Source of the DNA: Arthrobacter sp.
GTDB lineage: Bacteria; Actinomycetota; Actinomycetes; Actinomycetales; Micrococcaceae
Reading direction: 5' to 3'
NCBI GenBank assembly: GCA_034376805.1
Contig: JAXMJF010000063.1
Span: 58,600 to 122,599, forward strand
Length of the DNA stretch: 64,000 nucleotides
The notes under the pieces: generated by a model
Database searches by the model: none
The model's input: only the letters and a program-made list of their open reading frames with translations
Told to the model about the DNA's origin: nothing
Part shown: piece after piece, positions 1 through 10,054 of the stretch
Position numbering within the stretch: the stretch's first letter is position 1
How the letters are laid out: every line of letters starts with the position of its first letter
Translations under genes and position numbers: made by a program

Positions 1-1
1 G

Positions 2-1147
2 GGCTTGACCAAGGCCACCGCCGGGACCATCGGGTCCATGGCCTTCCTTGGCATGATGATCGGGGCGATCTTCGCCGGCCGCATGGCCGACTCGTGGGGC
101 CGCCGCCGCACCATCCTGGGCTGCGCCATCGTCTTCTCGATCTTCACCGTCCTGTGCGCCTTCGCCCCCAACGCCGCCGTCTTCGGCGCCCTGCGGCTCC
201 TCGCCGGCATCGGGCTCGGGGGCCTGGTGCCCTCCGCGAACGCCCTCGTTGCCGAACTGGTCCCCACCAAATGGCGCTCCACCATCGCCACCCTGATGAT
301 GTCCGGTGTCCCGATCGGCGGATCCATCGCTGCCCTCGTCGGCATCCAACTGATCCCCGCCTACGGCTGGCAGTCCATGTTCCTCGTGGCAGTGCTTGCC
401 CTGGTGATCGTGGTGCCGCTCGGACTGAAATACCTTCCCGAGACCCTTGCCCCGGTCAGCGCCGCCGACAAGGCCGCCCGCAAGGCAGCCGGCAAGGCCA
501 ACCCGATCAAGGAACCGTCCGGTTTCTCCTCCCTGCTCCGCGCCCCGTACCTGGGGGTCAGCCTGCTGTTCGCCACGGCGACGATCGCCACGCTGTTCGC
601 CTGGTACGGGTTGGGCACCTGGCTGCCCAACCTCATGCAGCTGGCCGGCTACAACCTGGGGTCCGCCCTGACCTTCGCCCTGGCCCTCAACCTGGGTGCC
701 GTGGCCGGATCGGTTATTACCGCCTGGGCCGGGACCCGGTTCGGCCCGGTGCCGACCGCCATTGCCGCGGCCGCCGTCGCCGCCGGCGCCCTGATGGTGC
801 TGGTGACCGGACCGTCGGTCACCGTCGTGTACCTCATGCTGGTCCTCGCCGGCGTCGGTACCCACGGCACGCAGTGCCTTATCATCGCCGCCGTCGCGAG
901 CCACTATCCCGGACACCTGCGGGGGACCGCGCTGGGCTGGGCACTGGGGACGGGCCGCATCGGCGCCGTCGCCGCACCGCAGGTCGGTGGGCTCCTGCTG
1001 GCCGCCGGGCTGGGCGTCAATTCCAACTTCCTCGCCTTCGCCGGTGCAGCCGCCATCGCCGCGGTCCTGCTGGCCGCCGTCGGCCTCAAACTCAAATCCA
1101 AATCGTCAATCTCACCCTCAATCTCCCAAGGAGCAAGCAATGTCTGA
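2..1147 (+). CDS. MFS transporter, aromatic-acid/H+ symporter-like (5' end outside window)
   Basis: Frame open from window edge; multi-TM hydrophobic profile; MFS loop motif GRMADSWGRRRTIL; stop overlaps next start (ATGTCTGA). Confidence 0.8.
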   Translation, partial: GLTKATAGTIGSMAFLGMMIGAIFAGRMADSWGRRRTILGCAIVFSIFTVLCAFAPNAAVFGALRLLAGIGLGGLVPSANALVAELVPTKWRSTIATLMMSGVPIGGSIAALVGIQLIPAYGWQSMFLVAVLALVIVVPLGLKYLPETLAPVSAADKAARKAAGKANPIKEPSGFSSLLRAPYLGVSLLFATATIATLFAWYGLGTWLPNLMQLAGYNLGSALTFALALNLGAVAGSVITAWAGTRFGPVPTAIAAAAVAAGALMVLVTGPSVTVVYLMLVLAGVGTHGTQCLIIAAVASHYPGHLRGTALGWALGTGRIGAVAAPQVGGLLLAAGLGVNSNFLAFAGAAAIAAVLLAAVGLKLKSKSSISPSISQGASNV

Positions 1148-2396
1148 GCACGCCACGTCCACCGATGTCCTCGTCATCGGAGGGGGAATGGCCGGACTGG
1201 CCGGAGCCCTCGCACTGCGTGAAAACGGCGCCAACGTCACCCTCGTGGAACGGGCCCCCGAATTCGGCGAGGTCGGCGCGGGGCTGCAGATGGCCCCCAA
1301 CGCCTCCCGCGTCCTCCAGCGCTGGGGACTGCTGGAAAAGGCACTGGAAATCGGTGTCCAGCCCAAGCACCTGGTCTTCCGCGACGCCGTCACCGGCGAG
1401 GAGCTGACGCGCCAGACCCTGAACGGGGAATTCGCGGACCGCTACGGCGCCCCGTACGTCGTGATCCACCGCAGCGACCTGCACCGGGTCCTGCTCGAAG
1501 GCTGCGAGGCGGCCGGCGTCACGCTGGTCAACGACGTCATGGTCGAGAGTGTTGAAACCGTCAACGGCCGCGGCGTGGCGCACACCGCGGCCGGTGTGGA
1601 CTACGAGGCCGACGTCGTGATCGGCGCCGACGGACTCAGGTCCACCCTCCGTCCGCTCGTGACCAACGACGAGCCGGTCCCCTCGGCCTACGTCGCCTAC
1701 CGCGGCACCGTGCCGATCACCGAAAACACCCCCAAGGCCGACCTTGAGGACGTCATCGTCTACCTCGGCCCGGACTGCCACCTGGTGCAGTACCCGCTGC
1801 GCAAGGGCGAGCTGCTGAACACCGTGGCCGTCTTCAAGTCCCCCTCCTTCGAACGCGGTGAAGAGCAGTACGGCGGAGTGGACGAGCTGGAGGCCGCGTA
1901 CAAGGACTGCGTCCCGGCCGTCCAGGAAGCACTCAAGAACCTGGCCACCGGCATCCGCTGGCCCATGTACGACCGCGACCCGATCGAAAACTGGGTCGCC
2001 GGCCGGATGGTGCTGATGGGCGACGCCGCGCACCCGATGCTCCAGTACCTCGCCCAGGGCGCCTGCCAGGCCCTCGAGGACGCCGCCGTGCTGCAGGACG
2101 TCAGCAACGGCACCGTCTTCACCGCCGACGGCATCCACCCGGAAGCCTGGGACGGGGCGATCAGGGAATTCAACAACCTCCGCGCCGGCCGCACCGCCCG
2201 CGTGCAGCGCACCGCCCGCGTCTGGGGCGAATCCTGGCATGTCTCCGGACTGGCCCGGACGCTGCGCAACCTGCTCTTCAAGAGCCGGAAGGACAACGAC
2301 TTCCGGTACAACGACTGGCTGTACGGCCAGGACGGCGACGGCGTGCCGCCGGTTCGCGTAGCCCGGACCAGTGTTGCGGAACGGGTTTCCGCCTAA
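1140..2396 (+). CDS. FAD-dependent aromatic monooxygenase, 3-hydroxybenzoate 6-hydroxylase / salicylate hydroxylase family
   Basis: Internal ATG of ORF 987..2396 preceded by AAGGAG; N-terminal FAD fold VLVIGGGMAGLAGA, GADGLRS and GDAAHP motifs typical of class A flavin hydroxylases. Confidence 0.8.
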   Translation: MSEHATSTDVLVIGGGMAGLAGALALRENGANVTLVERAPEFGEVGAGLQMAPNASRVLQRWGLLEKALEIGVQPKHLVFRDAVTGEELTRQTLNGEFADRYGAPYVVIHRSDLHRVLLEGCEAAGVTLVNDVMVESVETVNGRGVAHTAAGVDYEADVVIGADGLRSTLRPLVTNDEPVPSAYVAYRGTVPITENTPKADLEDVIVYLGPDCHLVQYPLRKGELLNTVAVFKSPSFERGEEQYGGVDELEAAYKDCVPAVQEALKNLATGIRWPMYDRDPIENWVAGRMVLMGDAAHPMLQYLAQGACQALEDAAVLQDVSNGTVFTADGIHPEAWDGAIREFNNLRAGRTARVQRTARVWGESWHVSGLARTLRNLLFKSRKDNDFRYNDWLYGQDGDGVPPVRVARTSVAERVSA

Positions 2397-2415
2397 CCTG
2401 ACCCGCCCACAACCG

Positions 2416-2480
2416 GCAACGCGGGGTCACTTGCCGCCCATCCGAGGCCTCGGAATGGGCGCTAGGTGACCCCGCGTTGC
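2416..2480. repeat. REP-like palindromic element, copy 1 (probable bidirectional terminator)
   Basis: Perfect 15-bp inverted arms GCAACGCGGGGTCAC / GTGACCCCGCGTTGC flanking a self-complementary core; lies between two convergent stops (2396, 2514); near-identical arms recur at 17965..18026. Confidence 0.7.
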
Positions 2481-2513
2481 TTGTTTGGCGAGGCTACCCC
2501 TTGCGTCTATATG

Positions 2514-3764
2514 TCAGCAGCCCGGGAAGCCCAGGAGCTGTCCGTCGCGCAGGGCGGCGGCAAGTTCGAAATGCTGGTCGACGGCGATGACGTCCGCCCG
2601 CATTCCGGCGCGGAGGCTGCCGATTTCGGTTTCCAGGCCCAGGACGCGGGCGGGGACCACGGTGGCGGCCATGACGGCATCGGCCGGGCTGGCCCCCGCA
2701 GCGATGGTCTTGCGGACAATCCCCAGCAGGGTGGCCGTTCCTCCGGCGAGGACGCCGTTGCTCCGCAAGGTGGCCACGCCGTCCCGCACCACAACGTCGG
2801 AGGGGCCGAGCACGTAGTCACCGTCGGGCAGCCCCGTGGCCGCCATTGAGTCCGTCACCAGCGCGATGTTCCCGGCTCCGACCAGGTCAAAGACCATCCG
2901 GACTGTTTCCGCGTCCAGGTGGACCCCGTCGCCGATGAGTTCGACGACGACGGACCCGGCGGAGGCCAGCCGCAGGCAGGCCGCGACGGGCCCTGGCTTC
3001 CGGTGGTGCAATGGCGGCATGCCGTTGAACAAGTGGGTCACCGTGGGCCTGGCCTGCGGTCCGAAACCTCCCGGGGCACTGCCGATCAGGTCCGCGGCGT
3101 CCGACAGGGAGGCGGCTGTGGTCCGGGCATCGGCATCGGTGTGGCCCAGCGAGGGGGTGACACCGTGCTCCGTGAGCATCCGGACCAGCTCTCCGGCGCC
3201 CGGAAGCTCGGGAGCGTAGGTCATCGTCTTCAGGGTCCCGCCGGCGGCCTCCAGCATGTGCCGGAGCAGCTCAGGATCGGGGTCCCGGAGCCAGCGCCGA
3301 TTCTGCGCGCCGCAGCGGGCGTGCGAGAGGAACGGCCCTTCGGCGTGGACGCCTGCGATGAGCCCCTCGGCGGCCAGCGCCTTAAGAACGCCGAGCGACC
3401 GCAGCAGCTCGTCGCCGGAGGCTGTCACGAGGCTGGCCAGCAGCGTGGTGGTCCCGCTGCGGTGCAGGAAGTCCACCACCTCCCGGCAGGCCGCGTCGTC
3501 ACCGGTCGGGAATCCGCCGCCGGCAGCACCATGGCAGTGGAGGTCCACGAGTCCGGGCAAGAGAAAGCTGCCGTGCGGCAGAGGGATCTCCTGCGCATCG
3601 GGAACATGCGCCGCATCGAAGCCGCTGGCGGGTCCTGCATAGGCAATCCGGCCACGCGTCACCGCCACCACGGAATCCGCGGCACACGCACCGTCACTCA
3701 AGAGGACGCCCCGAAGGACGTAGGACCGGGCGGTGGACTCAAGGCCCCCGTGGGTCAGGATCAT
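2514..3764 (-). CDS. nagA: N-acetylglucosamine-6-phosphate deacetylase
   Basis: Amidohydrolase motifs DLHCHGAAGG, GVHAEGPFLS, THLFNGM in NagA order; 416 aa. Confidence 0.8.
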   Translation of the reverse strand: MILTHGGLESTARSYVLRGVLLSDGACAADSVVAVTRGRIAYAGPASGFDAAHVPDAQEIPLPHGSFLLPGLVDLHCHGAAGGGFPTGDDAACREVVDFLHRSGTTTLLASLVTASGDELLRSLGVLKALAAEGLIAGVHAEGPFLSHARCGAQNRRWLRDPDPELLRHMLEAAGGTLKTMTYAPELPGAGELVRMLTEHGVTPSLGHTDADARTTAASLSDAADLIGSAPGGFGPQARPTVTHLFNGMPPLHHRKPGPVAACLRLASAGSVVVELIGDGVHLDAETVRMVFDLVGAGNIALVTDSMAATGLPDGDYVLGPSDVVVRDGVATLRSNGVLAGGTATLLGIVRKTIAAGASPADAVMAATVVPARVLGLETEIGSLRAGMRADVIAVDQHFELAAALRDGQLLGFPGC

Positions 3765-3941
3765 AAGTGCCTGGTTTCTGTCGTGCGGCCCGGCGGTAGC
3801 TGACGGGCGATTCTACTGAAGACTAGCCCTGCCGCGCCGACCATGGCTGCGGACTAGACTCGATTCCGGGTGGCGGCCGGGGCTTGTGACGGCGGGGAAC
3901 GCGCCCAGCGCCCGCAGCAAGCCCGCGACAAGGAGGTCAGG

Positions 3942-4736
3942 ATGGCCGGCGGCAGCCGTGAGCCCGGCAGGACCGTGACCTCGAAGGTCCTCGCCATCCT
4001 CGAGGCCTTCGAGAAGTCCCGGGGCGCCCTGAGCCTGACCGATATCGCCGAGAAATCCGGGCTGCCACTGAGTACCGCCCACCGCCTGGTCAACGAGCTC
4101 ACCGACTGGGGATTCCTCTCGCGCGAGCCGAACGGCCGCTACCAGCTGGGCATCCGTCTCTGGGAGCTGGCCCAGAACACCGGGCGGCAGCTCCGCGACG
4201 CGGCCCGGCCCTACATCCAGGACCTTTTCTCGCTCACCGGCGAAACCGCCCATCTGGCGGTCCGGGCCGGCCACGAGGTGCTCTATATCGACCGCGTCTA
4301 CGGGTCCAAGCGGGTTCCCCGCGCCGGCCGGGTCGGAGGACGGCTGCCCATGCACGCGACCGCCGTCGGCAAGGTCATCCTGGCCTTCGAAGAGGACTGG
4401 GTCCGGGACGCATACCTGAACCGGCAGCTGGAGCGGCATACCGCCCACACCCACGTGGATCCCAAAAAGCTGGCCGCCGAGCTGGCCCAGATCCGTGAAC
4501 AGGGCTACGCCACCACGCTTGAGGAGGTCCGGCTGGGTTCCTGCTCGATCGCGGTGCCCGTTTTCCATACCGGCAGGATCGGCGCCTCGATCGGCCTGGT
4601 GCTGCCTACCAGCCAGGCCGCAACGATGACCCGGCACCTGCCGGTCCTGCGGGGCATCGCCGCCCAGATTGAGCGCGCAACGGCCCGGATCCCGCTGGAA
4701 ACGCTGCTGGGCAGCCACGTCGCCGGCACGGACTGA
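3942..4736 (+). CDS. IclR-family transcriptional regulator
   Basis: ATG at 3942 preceded by AAGGAGG; N-terminal wHTH (LSLTDIAEKSGLPLSTAHRLVNEL) and IclR effector domain (GSCSIAVPVF). Confidence 0.85.
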   Translation: MAGGSREPGRTVTSKVLAILEAFEKSRGALSLTDIAEKSGLPLSTAHRLVNELTDWGFLSREPNGRYQLGIRLWELAQNTGRQLRDAARPYIQDLFSLTGETAHLAVRAGHEVLYIDRVYGSKRVPRAGRVGGRLPMHATAVGKVILAFEEDWVRDAYLNRQLERHTAHTHVDPKKLAAELAQIREQGYATTLEEVRLGSCSIAVPVFHTGRIGASIGLVLPTSQAATMTRHLPVLRGIAAQIERATARIPLETLLGSHVAGTD

Positions 4737-4805
4737 ACCGGCACGGTCCTCGCTAGGGCCCAGCACCTCGCAGCGCCACCCTGCCGGATGGGCGGAAACA
4801 ACTGG

Positions 4806-4822
4806 CTTCCACTCAGTGGAAG
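4806..4822. promoter_or_regulatory. 17-bp palindrome CTTCCAC-TCA-GTGGAAG, candidate operator upstream of the P450 cluster
   Basis: Perfect 7+3+7 inverted repeat, 100 bp upstream of the P450 ATG and 70 bp downstream of the IclR stop. Confidence 0.3.
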
Positions 4823-4921
4823 GCAACCCTGCCCTCCGGGAGTGATGGGGGCCACACTGGTGAATAAGAACCCCCGGCAAGCACTGACGCTGCCGGCGGG
4901 ACCGAAAACCAAGGAGCCCAG

Positions 4922-6199
4922 ATGTCATCGTCGACTGAAACGGCCGGCCGCTGTCCCTTTGGCCACGGCGCCGAAGCCCCCGCCGGGCACCACGGCTACG
5001 AGCCGTTCCAGATGAAGAATCCCTTCCCCGCCTACGCCGAACTCCGGGCCGAGCAGCCTGTGATGTTCGACGAGCGGGTCGGCCTCTACGTCGTCTCCCG
5101 CTATGACGACATCAAGGCCGTCTTCGAGGACTGGGAGACGTTTTCCAGCGAAAATGCCCAGGCCCCGGTCCGCGAACGCGGCGCCGCCGCGAAGAAGATT
5201 ATGGAAGACGGCGGCTTCACCGCCTACTCCGGATTGTCCGCCCGGCGCCCGCCGGAGCACACCCGCATCCGCGCCGTGGTCCAGAAGGCCTTCACGCCCC
5301 GCCGCTACAAGGCACTGGAACCTTTCATCCGGCAGAACGTCGTCGAACTGCTCGAAAGCATGCTGGCCCGTCCGGAACACCGCGGCGACATGGTCAAAGA
5401 CCTCGCCTACGACGTCCCCACCATCACCATCCTCACCCTGATCGGCGCGGACGTCTCCCAGGTGGACACTTTCAAGCGCTGGAGCGATTCCCGCGCCGCG
5501 ATGACCTGGGGCGACCTCAGCGACGACGAACAGATCCCGCACGCCCACAACCTCGTCGAGTACTGGCAGGAATGCCTCCGACTGGTCAGGGTTGCCCACG
5601 AGGAAGGCGGCGACAACCTCACCGCGGATCTGGTGAAGTCGCAGCAGGAAGGCGCCGAGATCTCCGACCACGAGATCGCCTCCGTCCTCTACAGCCTGCT
5701 CTTCGCAGGCCACGAGACCACCACCACGCTGATCTCCAACGCCCTCCGCGAACTTCTGGCCCGTCCCGAGCAGTGGAAGCAGCTCGTTGAGGACCCCAAG
5801 AAGATCCCCGCCGCCATCGACGAGGTCCTCCGCTACGCCGGGTCGATCGTCGGCTGGCGGCGCAAGGCCCTCAAGGACACCGAAGTCGGCGGCGTCGCGA
5901 TCGAGGCAGGCTCGCAGCTGCTGCTCCTGATGGGATCCGCCAACCGCGACCAGAACAAGTTTGACGCCGGCGAGGACTTCGACATCACCCGCCCCAACGC
6001 CCGCGAGCACCTCTCCTTCGGGTACGGCATCCACTACTGCCTGGGCAATATGCTCGCCAAGCTCCAGGCGAAAATCGCCCTCGAGGAAGTGGCCCGGCTC
6101 GCCCCGGAGCTGGAGCTGGAGGAACCGGATGCCATCAGCTTCCGCGAAAACCTCTCCTTCCGCGTCCCCGAGACCGTCCCCGTCAGCTGGAAGGCCTGA
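4922..6199 (+). CDS. Cytochrome P450 (CreJ-like position in cluster)
   Basis: Heme-thiolate loop FGYGIHYCLG, I-helix AGHETT, ExxR (EVLR); RBS AAGGAG. Confidence 0.9.
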   Translation: MSSSTETAGRCPFGHGAEAPAGHHGYEPFQMKNPFPAYAELRAEQPVMFDERVGLYVVSRYDDIKAVFEDWETFSSENAQAPVRERGAAAKKIMEDGGFTAYSGLSARRPPEHTRIRAVVQKAFTPRRYKALEPFIRQNVVELLESMLARPEHRGDMVKDLAYDVPTITILTLIGADVSQVDTFKRWSDSRAAMTWGDLSDDEQIPHAHNLVEYWQECLRLVRVAHEEGGDNLTADLVKSQQEGAEISDHEIASVLYSLLFAGHETTTTLISNALRELLARPEQWKQLVEDPKKIPAAIDEVLRYAGSIVGWRRKALKDTEVGGVAIEAGSQLLLLMGSANRDQNKFDAGEDFDITRPNAREHLSFGYGIHYCLGNMLAKLQAKIALEEVARLAPELELEEPDAISFRENLSFRVPETVPVSWKA

Positions 6200-6204
6200 G
6201 AAAT

Positions 6205-7275
6205 ATGCACAGCAACGAATACATCCAGTTCTTCGACGGCGGCCTCGAACCGAAGCTCGAGAACCTTGGCGGCAAGGGCGCCTCCCTGGTCACCATGACC
6301 TCCGCGGGCATGCCCGTCCCGCCCGGCTTCGTGGTCACCACGGCCCAGTTCGACGCCTTCATGGAGGAGGCCGGCATCACCCGGCATATTCACCAGCTCC
6401 TGGCCGATCTGGACCCCGAGGACATGTCCCAGGTGGACAAGGTCTCCGCCGCCATCCGCGAGGACATCTGCTCCCGCCCGGTGCCCCCGGTCCTGCGTGA
6501 GCTGACCGTCACCGCCTACGAGTCGCTGATGTCCCGCTTCGAAGCACCCGTCCCGGTGGCCGTGCGCTCCAGCGCCACCGCCGAGGACCTCCCGGACGCC
6601 TCCTTCGCCGGGCAGCAGGACACCTACCTCTGGCTCGACGGCGTCAAGGCCGTCACCGAGCACATCCGGCAGTGCTGGGCATCGCTCTTCACCTCCCGCG
6701 CCATCATCTACCGGCTCAAGAACAACATCCCCAACGAGGGCCTTTCGATGGCCATCGTGGTCCAGAAGATGGTCAACGCCCGGGTCTCCGGCGTCGCGAT
6801 CACCATGGACCCCACCAACGGCGACCGCTCCAAGATCACCATCGACTCCTCCTACGGGGTCGGCGAGATGGTGGTCTCCGGCCAGGTCACCCCGGACAAC
6901 ATCATGCTGGACAAGGTCACCCTGACCGTCATCTCCGAGCACCTCGGCGACAAGCACGCCGAACTCGTCCCGGACGCCGCGGCCGGCCGCCTGGTCGAGC
7001 GCGAGGTCGACGCTGAACGCCGCGCCCGCCGCAGCCTCACCGACGCCGAACTCACCGCCGTCGCACAGATGGCCAAACGCGCGGAGAAGCACTACAAGTG
7101 CCCGCAGGACATCGAGTGGGCCCTCGACACGGACCTGCCCGACGGCGAAAACCTGCTCCTGCTGCAGTCCCGCCCGGAAACCGTGCACTCCTCCAAACCG
7201 GTCGTCCCCTCAACGGCGGCCACCGGCGGCTACTTCAGCGGACTCAGCCCCGCGCCGTTGAAGCCCACCTTCTAA
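6205..7275 (+). CDS. PEP/pyruvate-binding (ATP-grasp, PPDK_N) subunit of a split PEP-synthase-like kinase
   Basis: LGGKGASL, RSSATAEDLPDASFAGQQDTYL, DIEWA motifs of the PEP synthase N-terminal domain; only 5 nt after the P450 stop. Confidence 0.85.
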   Translation: MHSNEYIQFFDGGLEPKLENLGGKGASLVTMTSAGMPVPPGFVVTTAQFDAFMEEAGITRHIHQLLADLDPEDMSQVDKVSAAIREDICSRPVPPVLRELTVTAYESLMSRFEAPVPVAVRSSATAEDLPDASFAGQQDTYLWLDGVKAVTEHIRQCWASLFTSRAIIYRLKNNIPNEGLSMAIVVQKMVNARVSGVAITMDPTNGDRSKITIDSSYGVGEMVVSGQVTPDNIMLDKVTLTVISEHLGDKHAELVPDAAAGRLVEREVDAERRARRSLTDAELTAVAQMAKRAEKHYKCPQDIEWALDTDLPDGENLLLLQSRPETVHSSKPVVPSTAATGGYFSGLSPAPLKPTF

Positions 7276-7342
7276 GAAATTTGACCCGCTCGTCCGCTCT
7301 GTCACCCAGGCTCAACGCCGAGCCCGTATTGAAAGGACCGCC

Positions 7343-9211
7343 ATGTCCCTGAAATCCTTCCCCAAACCCTCCGAGCTTCCGGTCCCCGCCGGCGCCGAGG
7401 GCTGGGAAAAGATCTATCCCTACTACCTGGTCTTCCAGGACAAGCTCAAGGAGCAGGAGGACGCCAAGTTCTGGTTCTGCGACAGCCAGCACTGGCCCAC
7501 CGTGTTCAAGCCCTTCGAGACCATCGGCGGCGAATTCGCGGTCAAGTGCCTGGGCCAGTACAACGCCCGGCACCTGATGATCCCCAACGCCAACGGCATC
7601 GAGTTCCGCGTCCACCTCGGATACCTCTATATGTCGCCGATCCCGGTGCCGGAGGACCAGATCGCCGCGCGCGTGCCCCTGTTCGAGCAGCGGGTGGGCC
7701 ACTACTTCCAGAACTGGGAACAGCTCCTCAAACAGTGGCACGTCAAGGTCAAGGGCACCATCGACGAGATGGAAACCATCTCCTTCCAGAAGCTTCCGGA
7801 CGTGGTCCCGATGGAGGACATCCTCTCCGGCAAGGGCAAGGACGGCTCCGAGAAGCTGCTGGAGAGCTACGACCGGCTGATCCAGCTCGCGTACCAGAAC
7901 TGGCAGTACCACTTCGAGTTCCTCAACCTCGGCTACATCGCCTACCTGGACTTCTTCAACTTCTGCAAGCAGGTCTTCCCCAACATTCCGGACCAGTCCA
8001 TCGCCACCATGGTGCAGGGCGTGGACATGGAACTCTTCCGCCCCGATGACGAGCTCAAGCAGCTCGCCAAGCTCGCCGTCGAACTCGGGCTCCAGTCGCA
8101 GTTCGGCAACACGGACGACGTCGACGCCACCCTGGCCGCCATCGCCGCGGCCCCCGGCGGGGACCGCTGGACGGCCCAGTACGAGGCCGCCAAGGACCCG
8201 TGGTTCAACTTCACCGTGGGCAACGGCTTCTACGGCCACGACAAGTACTGGAACGAACACCAGGAAATCCCGCTCGGCTACATCGCGGACTACATCCGCC
8301 GCGTGGACGAGGGCCAGGAAATCATGCGCCCGATCGAGGCCCTGATCATTGAACGCGACCGCATCATCGAGGAATACCGGGACCTGCTGGAAGGCGAAAA
8401 CCAGGCCCTGTTCGATGCCAAGCGCGGACTCGCCGCCACCGCCTACCCGTACGTGGAGAACCACAACTTCTACATCGAGCACTGGACCATGGGCGTCTTC
8501 TGGCGCAAGATCCGTGAACTGAGCCGCATGATGCAGGCTGAGGGTTTCTGGACCGAACCGGACGACCTGCTCTACCTGGGACGCAATGAGGTCCGCGACG
8601 CGCTCTTTGACCTCGTCACCGGCTGGGGCGTCGGCGCCAAGCCGATCGGCCCGGACTACTGGCCGGAGGAAATCGAACGCCGCCGCGGGATCGTGGACGC
8701 GCTCAAGACCGCCCGCCCCGCCCCGGCGCTGAACACGCCGCCGGAGATCATCACCGAACCCTTCACCCGGATGCTCTGGGGCATCACCACCGAGCAGGTC
8801 CAGCAGTGGCTGGGCGCCGGCGAAGCGGTGGAGGGCGGCGGGCTGCGCGGCATGGCAGCCTCGCCCGGCGTCGTCGAAGGCTTGGCCCGCGTGGTCACCG
8901 ACGCGGACCAGCTCTCAGAGGTGCAGCAGGGCGAGATCCTCGTCGCCACCGTCACGGCGCCGTCCTGGGGACCGATCTTCGGCAAGATCAAGGCCACGGT
9001 CACGGACATCGGCGGCATGATGAGCCACGCGGCGATTGTCTGCCGCGAGTACGGACTCCCGGCTGTGACCGGCACCGGCTCGGCCTCCACCACCATCAAG
9101 ACCGGCCAGCGGCTGCGGGTGGACGGGACCAAGGGCACCGTCCAGATCCTCGACGACGAGGCCGAACTGCTCGTCGCCGGACCCGGGGCGCACAGCCACA
9201 GCCATGTCTGA
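7343..9211 (+). CDS. PEP-utilising enzyme, mobile phospho-His domain subunit (622 aa)
   Basis: C-terminal swivel domain GGMMSHAAIVCREYGLPAV; long N-terminal region without a motif I recognise. Confidence 0.8.
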   Translation: MSLKSFPKPSELPVPAGAEGWEKIYPYYLVFQDKLKEQEDAKFWFCDSQHWPTVFKPFETIGGEFAVKCLGQYNARHLMIPNANGIEFRVHLGYLYMSPIPVPEDQIAARVPLFEQRVGHYFQNWEQLLKQWHVKVKGTIDEMETISFQKLPDVVPMEDILSGKGKDGSEKLLESYDRLIQLAYQNWQYHFEFLNLGYIAYLDFFNFCKQVFPNIPDQSIATMVQGVDMELFRPDDELKQLAKLAVELGLQSQFGNTDDVDATLAAIAAAPGGDRWTAQYEAAKDPWFNFTVGNGFYGHDKYWNEHQEIPLGYIADYIRRVDEGQEIMRPIEALIIERDRIIEEYRDLLEGENQALFDAKRGLAATAYPYVENHNFYIEHWTMGVFWRKIRELSRMMQAEGFWTEPDDLLYLGRNEVRDALFDLVTGWGVGAKPIGPDYWPEEIERRRGIVDALKTARPAPALNTPPEIITEPFTRMLWGITTEQVQQWLGAGEAVEGGGLRGMAASPGVVEGLARVVTDADQLSEVQQGEILVATVTAPSWGPIFGKIKATVTDIGGMMSHAAIVCREYGLPAVTGTGSASTTIKTGQRLRVDGTKGTVQILDDEAELLVAGPGAHSHSHV

Positions 9212-10007
9212 ACAAAAGGTGCCTGAGTCAAATATGCCTGCTGCGGAATATGAGGGTGCAGGGCAGCCTGCCCGCACCGTCCTGATCACCGGTGCCGCCG
9301 GCGGACTGGGCCGGGCGTTCGCGCTTGGCTTCGGCCGCCGCGGCTACCGCGTGGCGGTGGCGGACGTGAACCTCGACGGCGCGGAGGAAACGGCCAAACT
9401 GGTCCTCGACACCGGGGCCGAGGCGGCCGCCTTCCACGCCGACGTCACCAGCGTCGATTCCACCGAGGCCCTCGCGAAAAGCTGTGCGGACTTCGGCAAC
9501 GGAAGCATCGACGTCGTGCTGAACAACGCCGCGGTGTACGCGGGGGTGACCCGCAGCCCGTTCGAGGACATCGATCCGGCCGAATGGGACCTGGTGATGA
9601 ACGTGAACCTCAAGGGCCCCTGGCTCGTGACCCGGGCCGCCAGCCCGTACCTGCCCGAGGGCGGGCGCGTCATCAACCTCTCCAGCGCCACGATTTTCAG
9701 CGGCTCGGAGCAGTGGCTGCATTACGTCGCCTCCAAGGGCGGGGTGGTGGCCCTGACCCGGGTGATGGCCAAGGAACTGGGCCGGCGGGGGATCACGGTC
9801 AACGCGATCGCCCCCGGCTTCACCCTCACCGAGGCCAGCTACGGGCTCATGGAGAACGCCGAGAACTACGGTGTGGACCGCGGAGCGATCAAGCGGGCCA
9901 GCCAGCCGGAGGACATTGTGGGCGCGGCGCTCTTCCTGGCCGGGCCGGACAGTTCCTATTACACGGGGCAGACCATGGTGGTCGACGGCGGCCGCCAGTT
10001 CATCTGA
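9204..10007 (+). CDS. Short-chain dehydrogenase/reductase (SDR)
   Basis: TGAAGGLG cofactor loop, NNAA, catalytic YVASK; start overlaps previous stop (ATGTCTGA); alternative start at 9234. Confidence 0.85.
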   Translation: MSEQKVPESNMPAAEYEGAGQPARTVLITGAAGGLGRAFALGFGRRGYRVAVADVNLDGAEETAKLVLDTGAEAAAFHADVTSVDSTEALAKSCADFGNGSIDVVLNNAAVYAGVTRSPFEDIDPAEWDLVMNVNLKGPWLVTRAASPYLPEGGRVINLSSATIFSGSEQWLHYVASKGGVVALTRVMAKELGRRGITVNAIAPGFTLTEASYGLMENAENYGVDRGAIKRASQPEDIVGAALFLAGPDSSYYTGQTMVVDGGRQFI

Positions 10008-10054
10008 CTCTGCCCTCTTTGCCAACCTTCCGACTTCAACCCCAAGGAGAACCA

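Noticed and set aside
1140-1147. Identical 8-nt start/stop overlap ATGTCTGA at two junctions (1140 and 9204), both giving MSE... N-termini
   Set aside because: This is short enough to be coincidence. It is ordinary translational coupling, not a repeat element.
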